From contig CAXXYE010000009.1 in the NCBI GenBank assembly GCA_963674865.2, forward strand, positions 1,152,001-1,216,000: DNA of 64,000 bases, in the 5' to 3' direction. Below the pieces are notes generated by a model. That model saw only the letters and a program-made list of their open reading frames with translations, was not told where the DNA came from and made no database searches. Below are positions 1 through 9,983 of this stretch, in pieces. Source of the DNA: Candidatus Hydrogenedentota bacterium (GTDB lineage: Bacteria > Hydrogenedentota > Hydrogenedentia > Hydrogenedentales > SLHB01). The translations under genes and the position numbers were made by a program. Numbering within the stretch: the stretch's first letter is position 1; every line of letters begins with the position of its first letter.

Positions 1-2
1 CG

Positions 3-623
3 GAGTCCCTCACCGGCCCCTTCGAGGGTCAGTCCCCAGAGCACAAGCACCACCGTGAGCACGAGCAATAGGGGCATGAAGATCTTACAGGCCAGCTCAA
101 TCCCTCTGTCAATTCGCCGCACGCAGATTATCCACATGACTACCCAGATGACAACCGTCATGAGCAGAATGTTGAGTTGCAGCGGGCCGATCTCAAGAAC
201 GCCGCCGCTCAAGTGCAAGAAGTTGTTGAGGAAGAAGTCCTCGGTGTTTGCCCCCCAGGGAAACGTGCCTTGCAGGCTGAAGAGCATGTACTGGGCGCAC
301 CACGCAATGACGACTACATAGAAGAGGTCAATGCCGAACATTACGAATAGAACGGGATACCAGCCCAGCCATTCCCACTGCTTGTTGACTTGGTGCATGC
401 ACTTCGGAGCCGAAGCGCGCATCTTGTGGCCGATAGCGAACTCGAGAATCATCACGGGGATGCCCGTCGTGAGGAGCGCGACAAGGTAAGGCACTAAGAA
501 CGTGCCCCCGCCGTTCTTATGGCACAGATAACTGAACCGCCAGATGTTTCCTAATCCGATGGCGGAGCCAATGGCCGCGAGCAAGAAGCCGAAGTTACTT
601 TTCCATGCGTCTCGCGGTTCCAT
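3..623 (-). CDS. Sodium-dependent transporter, NSS/SNF family (N-terminal part; runs off window)
   Basis: Manual translation from ATG at 623: MEPRDAWKSNFGFLLAAIGSAIGLGNIWRFSYLCHKNGGGTFLVPYL, the NSS TM1 signature. Absent from the ORF track because it is truncated. Confidence 0.9.
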   Translation of the reverse strand, partial: MEPRDAWKSNFGFLLAAIGSAIGLGNIWRFSYLCHKNGGGTFLVPYLVALLTTGIPVMILEFAIGHKMRASAPKCMHQVNKQWEWLGWYPVLFVMFGIDLFYVVVIAWCAQYMLFSLQGTFPWGANTEDFFLNNFLHLSGGVLEIGPLQLNILLMTVVIWVVMWIICVRRIDRGIELACKIFMPLLLVLTVVLVLWGLTLEGAGEGL

Positions 624-824
624 CCTTGTCCCTTTTCAAGCTGCGGCGTACACCGCCCCCTTGGCGTTGCTTGCGAACCTGGAAGACTGTTCTCGCCGCT
701 TCACGCGAATAGCAGGAGAGCCATAGAACGGCGCAGGGGAAACGTGTTGCCTCCTTGCGGGGCGCGACGCGACACACCTGTCTCCGGCTGCGGAGAGCGG
801 GCTCCCCATGTGACACCGGCGCTG

Positions 825-2282
825 CTACGGTACGGGCTGAGCGCCGCGGATATTACGCTCCACTTGCTGCTTAAGCTGGGCCACCAGATCCCGGTAGCCG
901 TTGTTGACAAGGCCCTGAAGCGCCTCGCGGTCCAACTGCTTCGTGTCCAAGCCCGCCACTTTGCGGGGATCCACCGCGAACCCGGTTCCACTCAGCGACT
1001 GAGCATTGCGGACAAGGTCGGTCTTGAGTTCCTTCATGCGATAGGCGACATTCTTCAGGCCGGTTCGGGCCTCCTTCGCCAAGTCATCAAATTCCGCGGT
1101 GACCCCGCCGTAGAGCTTCTCGGCTTCGAGGAGCAGTTCAACTGCTCTGGTGTAGCTTCCTCGGTGGGACTCATCATCGGCCTGAGTCTGAAGCTCCTCG
1201 GCCTGCTTGAGCGCGTCACGGGTCTTCTCGAGGCGTGACTGTCGCTCTGCGATGGCCCCCTCGGCCTGAAACAGCTTCTCCGTCGCCACCTCGTTCAGTT
1301 GGTCCACATTTCGGGCCTCTTCATAGGCGTCACGGGCCTTGTCAAGGTCGCCGGAAGTCCTGAAGCCGTCACCCAAGCCGATATAGTACCGTGCCACCTT
1401 CTCCCGAATGTCTCGCCGCTGCGGCGTCATGGCCAGTACGCGCTTGTATTCAGCCACGGCGCGCTCATGCTCGCCCACTTCGAAGAAGGTGTCGCCGATC
1501 CGCTCCCTCATCTCCGGAGACTGGACGCCTAGGGCGTCGAGCCGCGCATAGGTTGCGTCCGTTTCCTGCCTATTGCCCCGTTTGATGTAGAACTCAAGGG
1601 CGTTGAGAATGTAGTCTCGGATCTCCCCTTCGGAGATGTTTGCCACAAGTACGTCGCCCGTGATCACGCTGTACCAGACGTCGGCAACGGCTGCTACGGA
1701 GCGGCTTGCGTCCTCTTTCAGAGAGGCTTGGGCCACGCCGCGGAATCCTATGCCGTCCTGATAGTCCGATTCGATGGCCGTCGTCCGCCTTTGGATAATC
1801 CGAGCCAGTCCGGCAAAGTAGGTAGTCGGCTCGATGGCGCGGCGCCGTCCCGGGGCGAGAATAGTCCGATTGATATGTCTGTCGACGTCGCCCTCATAGG
1901 CCTCCCGGTAACGGGCACGACTGACCCTCATGGGCCCCGTGGCTTGGGCGACGAAGGCGCCCAAGACACCTAGACGGTATGCGAAATAGGGGTCGATCCT
2001 ATCAGTCTGTACGGATTGGAGAAGGTACATCTCTGTCGCGATCGCCTTCGCCGGGTCATCTGAAAGGACCGCAAAGATCGTTGCCACGGTCTCCGGACTT
2101 GCCGATGCCCCGGCCATTACGTCACGCTCCAGACTGCGCAGATCGATTGTGCCCTCTTTCGCAAGGATGCGTGATGCCGTCGTTACGATGGCCACACGTG
2201 CCTTCGGCCCCCAGGCAAGAGCCGGAAATGCCAACGACCATACCAACGTGATTACCGCCGCGGAGCGAATTGAGTTTTTCAT
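825..2282 (-). CDS. Secreted protein with N-terminal helical domain (S1/P1-nuclease/PLC-like start) plus TPR repeats and coiled coil
   Basis: Signal peptide ending ALA|WGPKA; TPR-like helices (RIGDTFFEVGEHERAVAEYKRVL); ATGA overlap with upstream gene. Confidence 0.75.
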   Translation of the reverse strand: MKNSIRSAAVITLVWSLAFPALAWGPKARVAIVTTASRILAKEGTIDLRSLERDVMAGASASPETVATIFAVLSDDPAKAIATEMYLLQSVQTDRIDPYFAYRLGVLGAFVAQATGPMRVSRARYREAYEGDVDRHINRTILAPGRRRAIEPTTYFAGLARIIQRRTTAIESDYQDGIGFRGVAQASLKEDASRSVAAVADVWYSVITGDVLVANISEGEIRDYILNALEFYIKRGNRQETDATYARLDALGVQSPEMRERIGDTFFEVGEHERAVAEYKRVLAMTPQRRDIREKVARYYIGLGDGFRTSGDLDKARDAYEEARNVDQLNEVATEKLFQAEGAIAERQSRLEKTRDALKQAEELQTQADDESHRGSYTRAVELLLEAEKLYGGVTAEFDDLAKEARTGLKNVAYRMKELKTDLVRNAQSLSGTGFAVDPRKVAGLDTKQLDREALQGLVNNGYRDLVAQLKQQVERNIRGAQPVP

Positions 2283-3889
2283 GACATCGCTCCTCCTACA
2301 GCGCCGCCGGATACTCCGGAGGCGGGTTCCTCCCCGCCCAAGGTCTGTCTGAGTTGACGCACGACTATGTCCACTTCCGCCGTGTGCGAACCCTCCGCGT
2401 CAGGATCCGCCAGTTCCAGGTAACGTTCCAGCTCACGGAGCCCTTCCGTGAACATTTCGCGTCGCATGTAGAGGAGCCCGTTTTCAAGATGCGCCGCCGC
2501 GTAAGAGGGGTCGGCCTGGATTGCCCGGCGGAACGCTTCCTGCGCGGCGCCGTCATCTCCAGACAAGGCTTCGAGGCGCCCGCGTAATGTGTAGAGCACG
2601 GCCCCCTTTGCCCCGAGCTGGACCGCCCTGTCAAGCATGTCTCGCGCGTGCGTGAGATCTCCGGGCGATGGAATACCGCCGTGGCCGATGTATCCGAGCG
2701 CTGCCTGGACGGCGGCCTCCGCCGCATGATCGCCTCCGTCCCTCGAAATGGCTTCGAACGTCGAACGCGCCTCTTCATATTGCCCTAGCGCTTGCAGGCA
2801 GAGGCCGTGCAAGAAACGCGCAAGATTGTTGTTCCTGCTTGCCGTCACCGCCTGGCGCAAATAGGTTTCGGCGTCCTCATAGCGACCCTCGGCCACGAGT
2901 AGCGCTCCCAAACGCGTCAGGACAGCGGCATTGATGGACGTGCCGCCGTCCGCCGCCGCCTGAAGTGCTTCGACGGCTGCGTCTGTCTCGCCCTGGAGGC
3001 AGGCTACAAAGCCGCGCGCAGCCTGGAGATCGCTTGAATCGGGCTCCGTTTCGAGGGCCATGCCCAGCTCCCGCGCAGCGCCCTCAACATTGCCTCGCAA
3101 GGCAAATGCGATTCCCAGATTCTTGCGGGCCTCAATATTCGACGGGTCCCTTTGGACCATCTCCTCCAACGTCTCAACTTGTCCGTTGACGTCATCGTTC
3201 GCGCCCTGTGAGAGCGCCAGAAGAAGTTGGGCGCTTTTGTTATCCGGGAATTCCTTTGTCACGCGGTTCAGAATGCCGATTTGGCGGGTCCTGGCCGTGC
3301 GATCGCCAAGTGTTGCCAGGCATTGAACGGCCATCATCGCCGCGTGGATGTCCTTCGGGCGGCGGCTTAACACCTCCTCGAAAGAGGCCGCCGCGTTGGT
3401 GAACTGATTGGAGCGCCACTGCAACTTGCCCAGTTCAAACCAGGCATCCGCATCGTTCGGGCGCTTGGACACGTGCGACCTCAGCACGTCTATGGCCTCG
3501 TTGAAGCGGCCTGCATCGCTCAACTCCTCCGCTTTCTTCAGTGGATCGCGCGTAGCCTTGTAGAAGAGAATGCCCAGCAGTAGGGCAACGACGACGGCAG
3601 CGATCACCGCCCCGATGAGCCATGGCAGCATCTGCCGTTTTCCGCGAGATTCGCCACGTTCCTCTTCGGTGACCTTCTGGCCTGTAAGCAGATTCGTGCC
3701 GCACGCGACACAGATAATATCTCCATCCTGCACCAAGGCATGGCAGTTTGGGCAGGTTTGGCGCTGCCCCGCCGCCTCCTTGGCTTGCCCTTCCGGCTTC
3801 CGCAGCAGGTATCCGCCGCAATGCGGACAGTTTTCGAGCTTCGGGTCCGCGAGCTTGCCGCAATAGGGACAGTTAATCATGCTAGCCAT
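2279..3889 (-). CDS. Double zinc ribbon + TM + TPR protein
   Basis: CPYC..CPHC and CPNC..CVAC pairs, one hydrophobic helix (WLIGAVIAAVVVALLLGILF), many TPRs. Confidence 0.85.
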   Translation of the reverse strand: MASMINCPYCGKLADPKLENCPHCGGYLLRKPEGQAKEAAGQRQTCPNCHALVQDGDIICVACGTNLLTGQKVTEEERGESRGKRQMLPWLIGAVIAAVVVALLLGILFYKATRDPLKKAEELSDAGRFNEAIDVLRSHVSKRPNDADAWFELGKLQWRSNQFTNAAASFEEVLSRRPKDIHAAMMAVQCLATLGDRTARTRQIGILNRVTKEFPDNKSAQLLLALSQGANDDVNGQVETLEEMVQRDPSNIEARKNLGIAFALRGNVEGAARELGMALETEPDSSDLQAARGFVACLQGETDAAVEALQAAADGGTSINAAVLTRLGALLVAEGRYEDAETYLRQAVTASRNNNLARFLHGLCLQALGQYEEARSTFEAISRDGGDHAAEAAVQAALGYIGHGGIPSPGDLTHARDMLDRAVQLGAKGAVLYTLRGRLEALSGDDGAAQEAFRRAIQADPSYAAAHLENGLLYMRREMFTEGLRELERYLELADPDAEGSHTAEVDIVVRQLRQTLGGEEPASGVSGGAVGGAMS

Positions 3890-4081
3890 ATGAAGTTACC
3901 ACCCTTTCCTTGGACTCTCGTGGCCAGCCGACCGAACAGCAAGGATCCGTCCCACCTGCCCGCGTGTAAGCTGAACCTCCATAAGCCCGCCGAACCTTCG
4001 CACGCCATCCTCACCTGCTGCGTGGCTCGGGCCTGGCGGCCGAGCAAATACTCCGCCCGCCGTAGCCCTCCCCGGCAAACC

Positions 4082-4252
4082 CTAATTGTCATCCGAAAAC
4101 AATGTGCCGCACTTCACACATCGCGTCGCGTCCAGTCTGTTTCTTGCCCCGCACTGCGGACACTTCTTGCGAAACAGTGAGGGCAGACTCACTAACGTCA
4201 GCAACGCAATTACACCAAGCATTATTGCAAGGTATAGATTCGCCGGCACCAC
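4082..4252 (-). CDS. 56-aa TM + zinc-ribbon microprotein
   Basis: Manual translation: MVPANLYLAIMLGVIALLTLVSLPSLFRKKCPQCGARNRLDATRCVKCGTLFSDDN*. GGAG RBS 6 nt before GTG; below the ORF-track size cutoff. Confidence 0.75.
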   Translation of the reverse strand: MVPANLYLAIMLGVIALLTLVSLPSLFRKKCPQCGARNRLDATRCVKCGTLFSDDN

Positions 4253-4305
4253 CCATTTCTCCGCGCATGTGAATGACCCATTCTGCGCAGCAACCTGTTA
4301 CCAGC

Positions 4306-4346
4306 ATTATACCTTAGATTCTAGGAATCCAGGCCGACTCTGTCAA
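4306..4346 (-). promoter_or_regulatory. Sigma70-type promoter for the zinc-ribbon/TPR operon
   Basis: TTGACA (4346-4341)-17 nt-TAGAAT (4323-4318); an extra TATAAT at 4311-4306. Confidence 0.65.
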
Positions 4347-4434
4347 AAAGCGTCTTCCTGGGCATCTGTTTGGCGGGCAATACCTTGTCACGCTCCCGGC
4401 CTTGCCTTTTCCGGAACGACGCTCATGCCCGCGC

Positions 4435-5742
4435 TCAGTCGTCCTCGAAGAGGTCGCTGTGGCCTTTCTTGCGGAGCAAGAAGGTGAGACACAGACTTAT
4501 TAGCGTGGCCGCCGCGGACAGGGCGAACGTCAGTTCGTACGAAAGTGTGCGGGCCAGGATCCCCGCAAGAATTGGCGCGCACACCAGCGGGGCGCTCAGC
4601 GTGTTTACGAAAGCGACGTAGGTGGGGCGGCGTTTAGGCGGCGATATCGCCAGCAGATACACCATGTTCCCGATCCCGGCGCCATTGATCGCGGCCGTGC
4701 CGCAGCCAAACATGATGATGTAGGCCCAGAGGTAGTGCGTCTTAACCAGAGCCGCCGTGGCGGTGTGCCGTAGCATCCCTGCCAGTAGCAGCGCCATGAG
4801 CGGCGACGCGAAATTGATGACCGCCGACCATTTCAGCAGCGCTACCTCGCCGCGGCGTTGGGAGAGATGTCCCCAGACGACGCTCGATACGCCCGCGGCC
4901 AACATGACCACCGCGCTGAACCAGCCCGTCAGCCGGTAGGGCGCTCCCATGTGTTCCACCGCATATGGGACGAACAGTACCTGGGACATCGTGCCCAATG
5001 CCCAGAAGCATTTGTAGAGATAGAACCAGCGGTAGTTTGCATCGTGGCGGAAGATGGTTGGGCCCCGCCTCAGGAATGTCAAGAAGGGCACGCGGGCCGC
5101 GGCGACGGGCTCTACGGGCTCGCGTACCGCTGTAAACATCGCGTAGGCCAGGCCCGACACCGCCGCTGCGCACGCCACCAATAGAGCGTATTGACGGGTG
5201 GTTGGAGTACCATCCTTCGCCGCGAGAAAGTGATGCACCATAAGGCCGGCGAAGAAACCCAGCACGCCCCCAATCAGGCGCCGGTAAGCGAATAGCACGG
5301 ACCTCCTCTTCTGCGGGATGGTCTTGCCAACGATATCCATGAACGGCACTCCGCAGACGCCCCCAGCGCTCGAATATGCCGCAACGAGGAGGAGTATCAG
5401 CCAGAACAGTGGGCGTGCGCCGCCGTGCCAGGAGAAGAGCAGCAGCGTCAGAGCGATAAGGGAGGCCAAGCGGACAACTGCCGTGTAAACGTAGACGGGT
5501 TTCTTGCGCTCGACGTGCTCCACCAGGCTCCCCACGATCAACTGAGGCCACAACCAGCCCATGGCCATCATGCTGGAGAGCATCCCCCCGTAGACGGTGG
5601 AGCCCGTCAACTGATGTGCGAGCCCGACAAGTACCGTGTCCCCTGCGATAAAGGCATTGCCGGCAGAGGCAAGAGCGCCGTTGCCCACCGTCATCCAGAA
5701 GTTCCAGTTTCCGTGCGCGCGCTCTGTTTCTGGTTGCGTCAC
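4435..5742 (-). CDS. MFS transporter
   Basis: About 12 hydrophobic segments and an MFS-like loop (GSLVEHVERKK). Start moved to GTG 5742 because the longer ORF overlaps the upstream HAD gene. Confidence 0.8.
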   Translation of the reverse strand: MTQPETERAHGNWNFWMTVGNGALASAGNAFIAGDTVLVGLAHQLTGSTVYGGMLSSMMAMGWLWPQLIVGSLVEHVERKKPVYVYTAVVRLASLIALTLLLFSWHGGARPLFWLILLLVAAYSSAGGVCGVPFMDIVGKTIPQKRRSVLFAYRRLIGGVLGFFAGLMVHHFLAAKDGTPTTRQYALLVACAAAVSGLAYAMFTAVREPVEPVAAARVPFLTFLRRGPTIFRHDANYRWFYLYKCFWALGTMSQVLFVPYAVEHMGAPYRLTGWFSAVVMLAAGVSSVVWGHLSQRRGEVALLKWSAVINFASPLMALLLAGMLRHTATAALVKTHYLWAYIIMFGCGTAAINGAGIGNMVYLLAISPPKRRPTYVAFVNTLSAPLVCAPILAGILARTLSYELTFALSAAATLISLCLTFLLRKKGHSDLFEDD

Positions 5743-5780
5743 TGCCTTACACCCAAGAATCCTGTCTGTCGGCGCCGCGG

Positions 5781-6443
5781 CTATTCCGAGGCGGGGCCAT
5801 TGCTGTGCGAGAGGATGTACTGAGTCGCTTCCGGGAGGCCGTGGAACACAGCCTCGGGCTTCAGGGACACCAATTCCTGTTCGGTTGCGTAGCCGGTGCT
5901 TACGCAGACGCAACGCGTGCCGGCGGCCCGAGCGGCCAGAACATCGAATCGCGTATCCCCGACGACGAGGCCCTCCTCCGGCTTCGCGCCCAGCAGGTCG
6001 AGCGCCTTGAGCACGGCCTCCGGGTGCGGCTTGGGATGCGTCACCTCACTTGGGCTGATCCGCGCCTCGAAGGCACTGAGCACGCCCAGGTGCGCCAAGG
6101 TAAGTTCCGCGCGATCGCGGCCCTTTGATGTCGCGAAGCCGAGCCTGAGCCCGTGTGTCCGTAGCTGATGCAGCGATTCCTTCGCACCGGGCAGGAGCTG
6201 TGTCTTGTCGCGCGCCACGGTGAGGTTGTGTGCCCTATAGATATGTGCACAGTCCTCGGGATCATGCTTCGTGAAGAGCCTGAACTGATCCTCGATGACG
6301 TGGCCGATGCTCTTCACGATATCCGCGCGCGCCGGGGGCGGTTCGCCTATTACCGCGAACGTGTGCAGGAACGAGGCCACAATGGCCTCCGTCGCGTCGA
6401 TGAGCGTGCCGTCGAGATCAAATACTACCGCTTTGAGCATCAC
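5781..6443 (-). CDS. HAD-family hydrolase (phosphoglycolate phosphatase/PpaX-like)
   Basis: Motifs VVFDLDGTL, ATSK, KPHPE and VGDTRFD. Confidence 0.9.
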   Translation of the reverse strand: MMLKAVVFDLDGTLIDATEAIVASFLHTFAVIGEPPPARADIVKSIGHVIEDQFRLFTKHDPEDCAHIYRAHNLTVARDKTQLLPGAKESLHQLRTHGLRLGFATSKGRDRAELTLAHLGVLSAFEARISPSEVTHPKPHPEAVLKALDLLGAKPEEGLVVGDTRFDVLAARAAGTRCVCVSTGYATEQELVSLKPEAVFHGLPEATQYILSHSNGPASE

Positions 6444-6499
6444 TTACGGGCGGAAGGCGCAGTGCCCCGTCCCCTTTCTCGCAGTCCGGCGCCCGGATC

Positions 6500-7114
6500 T
6501 CATCGAATCCGAACACGCCCGCTCTCGACGTGTATCCGCCCTTCGGCAAACAGTTGAATGGCCTGTGGATACAACTCGCGCTCCTTCGCTTGAACCCGCT
6601 CAGCCAGAGAGTCGGGCGTGTCGTCTTCCTCGACGGGAACGGCTCCCTGGAGGATGATCGGCCCGTTGTCATACTGGGCGTCCACGAAGTGTACGGTGGC
6701 TCCCGTTACCTTGACGCCGGTTTCGAGCACGGCCTCGTGGACATGGTGGCCGTACATACCTTTGCCTCCGAATGCGGGAAGCAGCGCCGGGTGGACGTTC
6801 ATTATCCGGTTCGCGAACTCGCCCGGTATTTCAAGCAGGCTCATGAAGCCTGCCAGAATGATGAGGTCCACGTTGTGAGATCGGATCTCACGCCAGAGCG
6901 CTTCGTTGAATGAGGCACTGTCCTTGTACTCCTTGCGCGCCACGGCGATAGCCGTGATCCCGTGCTTGCGCGCGCGTTCCAGCCCGTAGGCATCGGCTCT
7001 GGAGCTGATTACGCAGCGGATCTCCGCATCGAGGTCGCCGCGTTCAACGTTGTCAATGATGTTCTGGAGGGTGGTTCCGCTTCCCGACAAGAGCACCGCA
7101 AGCTTCACCGCCAT
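6500..7114 (-). CDS. purN: Phosphoribosylglycinamide formyltransferase
   Basis: LLSGSGTTLQ, LAGFM, NVHPALLPAFGG, GATVHFVD and DNGPII motifs. Confidence 0.95.
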   Translation of the reverse strand: MAVKLAVLLSGSGTTLQNIIDNVERGDLDAEIRCVISSRADAYGLERARKHGITAIAVARKEYKDSASFNEALWREIRSHNVDLIILAGFMSLLEIPGEFANRIMNVHPALLPAFGGKGMYGHHVHEAVLETGVKVTGATVHFVDAQYDNGPIILQGAVPVEEDDTPDSLAERVQAKERELYPQAIQLFAEGRIHVESGRVRIR

Positions 7115-7187
7115 GATCCGCTCCTCCCCTGGCCTTGAATCTGTACCGGCAGTGTATCCAACGTTACCTGGTTTTCCAAGCCGCCTA

Positions 7188-9023
7188 TCACAGCGGCTGC
7201 TCGGGGCCCGCCAAGTAGCCTCGCTCGATGAATGTCATCAAGCCTAGCAGGCCTCCCCAATGGTAGTAGGCCGTCGCCGCCCCATGTCCGGTTTGGGCGT
7301 CATAGTTCTCGTGGACATGCCCGTGCCTGTCCCATTCCTCCATGAATAGCCGTAGCGAACGGGCGGCCAAGTCGGCGCGAGCCTCCGGCAGGCTGTAATG
7401 GCGAAGGCCAAGGTAGACGAGGAAGTTCGTCGGCGCCCAGATCGTCCCACGCCAGTACTGGGAATGGTAGGCCGGATCATTGCGTGCGATGGACGGCAGT
7501 ACCCAATCGCCCCAGAACTCCTCTGGATTGTAGAGGTGCTCGTGAACCATGCGCTCCGCCTGGGCCTGCGTCGCGCCTCCCCACAGCATAGGGTAGAAAT
7601 TCGTCGGTGAGATTCTCCGGCTCAGTTCGCCCGTATCCGTCCGCCGGTTGAGGAAGAGGCCGAAGTCCTCGTCCCAAAGCACGCCCAGTGTGTCCGCGAT
7701 CCCGTGTCCCCGCGTGCGGAGCTCGTCCGCTTCGCTGTGCCGCCCCAAGGCGTTCGCGATGTCCGCCAGGCAGGCGCAGTCCATGAGGTATAGCCCACTG
7801 AGTCCGGCATCGGCGAGGCACATGAGGTGCGATTCCGGGTCGTACGGCACGTCGTCGTACATGGGAGAGTCGTCGAGGCCGGATTCATACGCCGCGCCTT
7901 GACGGTTCCCGACGCCCGCGATCTCGAGCTTGTTGTCGGACATGTTCTCATAGGGCGTGCTTCCCCAACAGAGCAGGCCATCGTGGCTCCGTTCCGCCGG
8001 CCACCAGCGATTCCACTCGAGCAGATCATCGAAGACCTCCTCGATGAACCAGCGATCGCCGAAGCGGCGGAACAGCTCCCGGACAACCAAAGAGCCGACG
8101 GGGGGCTGCGACCTATCCCGCGCGCATACGTTGCCGGCCGCGGCGAAGTTGGGCACAAAGCCCGATGCGGTCTTCTCGCGCGTCATCTCGATGGCGTTGG
8201 CGTACGCGAGATCCTTGTTGTCAACAGCGGCCATGTACGCCGCGAAATACGTGTCCCAGCAGAACAAGACGTAGCCGCCCCAGTGTCCCGCGTTCCATAC
8301 GCGACTCACCGGTGTGACGACGCGGGCCTTGGACGGTTCAAAGATCGTGTTCCAGGCCAGGCAGGTTTGCATGGCTTCGTAGACAGGGGCTAGATCACCG
8401 AAGGTTTGCCGCCGCGACGCCTCAAGCTCGGCCCGGCGCGATTTCATCAGGTCCTGGATCTCCAATGGAGGCCGATGCTTGCCCGTCGAGATTCCCACCG
8501 GCCCCGCAAGTGGGATACCGAGGTACGGCGTCTGCGCCGCGATCTGCATCTCGTTTGTCGTCGCATGTGTGCTGAAGACGGGAAACTTCCCTTCCGGCGT
8601 CACGCCCGTCACCCGCTCCCGATCGCGTACCAATTGCCCCGGCCTGTTCCAGAGAATCCCGGTTTCGATGATCAAGGTTGGCGGGCGTTGCTGTTCGTTG
8701 GCGACGGGGGTGAAAAGTAACGCCAGGTCGTCGTCAAGCGCGGCGCTCTCAACGCGAATCGTGATCCCGCGCCAGGCCAACGTGAGTTCCGTGTAGTGCC
8801 CGTCGTATGTCCGTGGCCCGGGCCTCACTTCCTCAGCCGACTCTTCCTGGCGTCCGATCAGCGCCTCCTTGAGGTACTGGCCGGTGGCGTACTCCTTGAG
8901 CCCGGCGCTCAGGCAGAAGCCCGAAGGCAGGTGAACATGTGCCAGCACGCTGCGCGTGTTCCAGGTGTTCCAGCCCCGGCCGAGGCGGGCCTGCAAGTCC
9001 GCGTATTCTCCCACGGCACACAA
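7188..9023 (-). CDS. (alpha/alpha)6 glycoside hydrolase, GH63/MGH1-like
   Basis: FCWDTYF, RSQPP, ESGLDDSPMYD, YWRGTIW and ENY motifs. Confidence 0.8.
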   Translation of the reverse strand: MCAVGEYADLQARLGRGWNTWNTRSVLAHVHLPSGFCLSAGLKEYATGQYLKEALIGRQEESAEEVRPGPRTYDGHYTELTLAWRGITIRVESAALDDDLALLFTPVANEQQRPPTLIIETGILWNRPGQLVRDRERVTGVTPEGKFPVFSTHATTNEMQIAAQTPYLGIPLAGPVGISTGKHRPPLEIQDLMKSRRAELEASRRQTFGDLAPVYEAMQTCLAWNTIFEPSKARVVTPVSRVWNAGHWGGYVLFCWDTYFAAYMAAVDNKDLAYANAIEMTREKTASGFVPNFAAAGNVCARDRSQPPVGSLVVRELFRRFGDRWFIEEVFDDLLEWNRWWPAERSHDGLLCWGSTPYENMSDNKLEIAGVGNRQGAAYESGLDDSPMYDDVPYDPESHLMCLADAGLSGLYLMDCACLADIANALGRHSEADELRTRGHGIADTLGVLWDEDFGLFLNRRTDTGELSRRISPTNFYPMLWGGATQAQAERMVHEHLYNPEEFWGDWVLPSIARNDPAYHSQYWRGTIWAPTNFLVYLGLRHYSLPEARADLAARSLRLFMEEWDRHGHVHENYDAQTGHGAATAYYHWGGLLGLMTFIERGYLAGPEQPL

Positions 9024-9125
9024 TCCTCCTATAGAATGAACAGACTAATCGACGTTAGGAATGCGGCCCGGAAAGGTCGCCCGTTTGCACCTCAACTCAG
9101 CCCTGGGAGCCGCCACGCGAGTCCT

Positions 9126-9962
9126 TCACGTGCGCCAGGCGCCGCTGTACGCCTCCGTTGCCGGCCCCTCCTGGTAGACGAATCCGTCTTCGGCCCATTC
9201 AATAGCGAGCACGCCGTAAACCAAGTGTACGTTCACGCGCCGCTCCGTGCGGCCGGTGATCATACAGGCCAGGGCCGAGCCGCACGAGCCGCTCCCGCTT
9301 GCCATCGTCACGCCGCTGCCGCGTTCCCAGATTCGCATCACGATGTTGCTGCGGTCGATAACGTTGACGAATTCGACATTGGTGCGTTGGGGAAACTTCG
9401 GGTGATTCTCAATCTTGGGCCCGACTTCCGTGAGAGGTACGGCCGTTGCGTCGGACACGAAGACCACCGCGTGGGGATTACCGATGTTGGCGCAAGTCAC
9501 CTTCACGGTTCGGTCATCCAAGGCCAGAGGTTCCTCGAGAACGCGGCCGGCAGGGCCTTCCATCGGGATTTCATCTCGCTCAAATCGCGGCCGTCCCATG
9601 TTCGACCGCACCGCCACCACTTCGGCGCCGTCGGTGGTAAGGACTACCGCGTTGGGCCCGGCGAGCGTGTCGATCACGAACTCCTTCTTGCTCGTCATCC
9701 CGCGTTCATACACGTATTTCGCGAAGCAGCGAATCCCGTTGCCGCAGGTTTCCGCCTCGCTCCCGTCCGCGTTGAAGATCCGCATCGCGAAGTCGCCTTC
9801 GCGGCCGGGCAGCACGAGGATGATGCCGTCCGAGCCCGCGCCCAGGTGGCGCTCGCTCATCCGGCGTGAGAGTTCCGCGGGATCGTCAATAGGATGCCGG
9901 GCCGCATCGATAAAGAGGTAGTCGTTGCCCAGTCCATGCATCTTCGTGAAGGGGATATCCAT
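9126..9962 (-). CDS. dapF: Diaminopimelate epimerase-like protein (second catalytic Cys replaced by Ser)
   Basis: FTKMHGLGNDY, NADGSEAETCGNGIRC, GNPH, NVEF and ERGSGVTMASGSG. Confidence 0.85.
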   Translation of the reverse strand: MDIPFTKMHGLGNDYLFIDAARHPIDDPAELSRRMSERHLGAGSDGIILVLPGREGDFAMRIFNADGSEAETCGNGIRCFAKYVYERGMTSKKEFVIDTLAGPNAVVLTTDGAEVVAVRSNMGRPRFERDEIPMEGPAGRVLEEPLALDDRTVKVTCANIGNPHAVVFVSDATAVPLTEVGPKIENHPKFPQRTNVEFVNVIDRSNIVMRIWERGSGVTMASGSGSCGSALACMITGRTERRVNVHLVYGVLAIEWAEDGFVYQEGPATEAYSGAWRT

Positions 9963-9983
9963 GATTACACCTGACTCGCGATC

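Noticed and set aside
624..824. Possible amino-acid riboswitch upstream of the NSS transporter
   Set aside because: No glycine, lysine or T-box consensus recognisable by eye; an Rfam scan would be needed.
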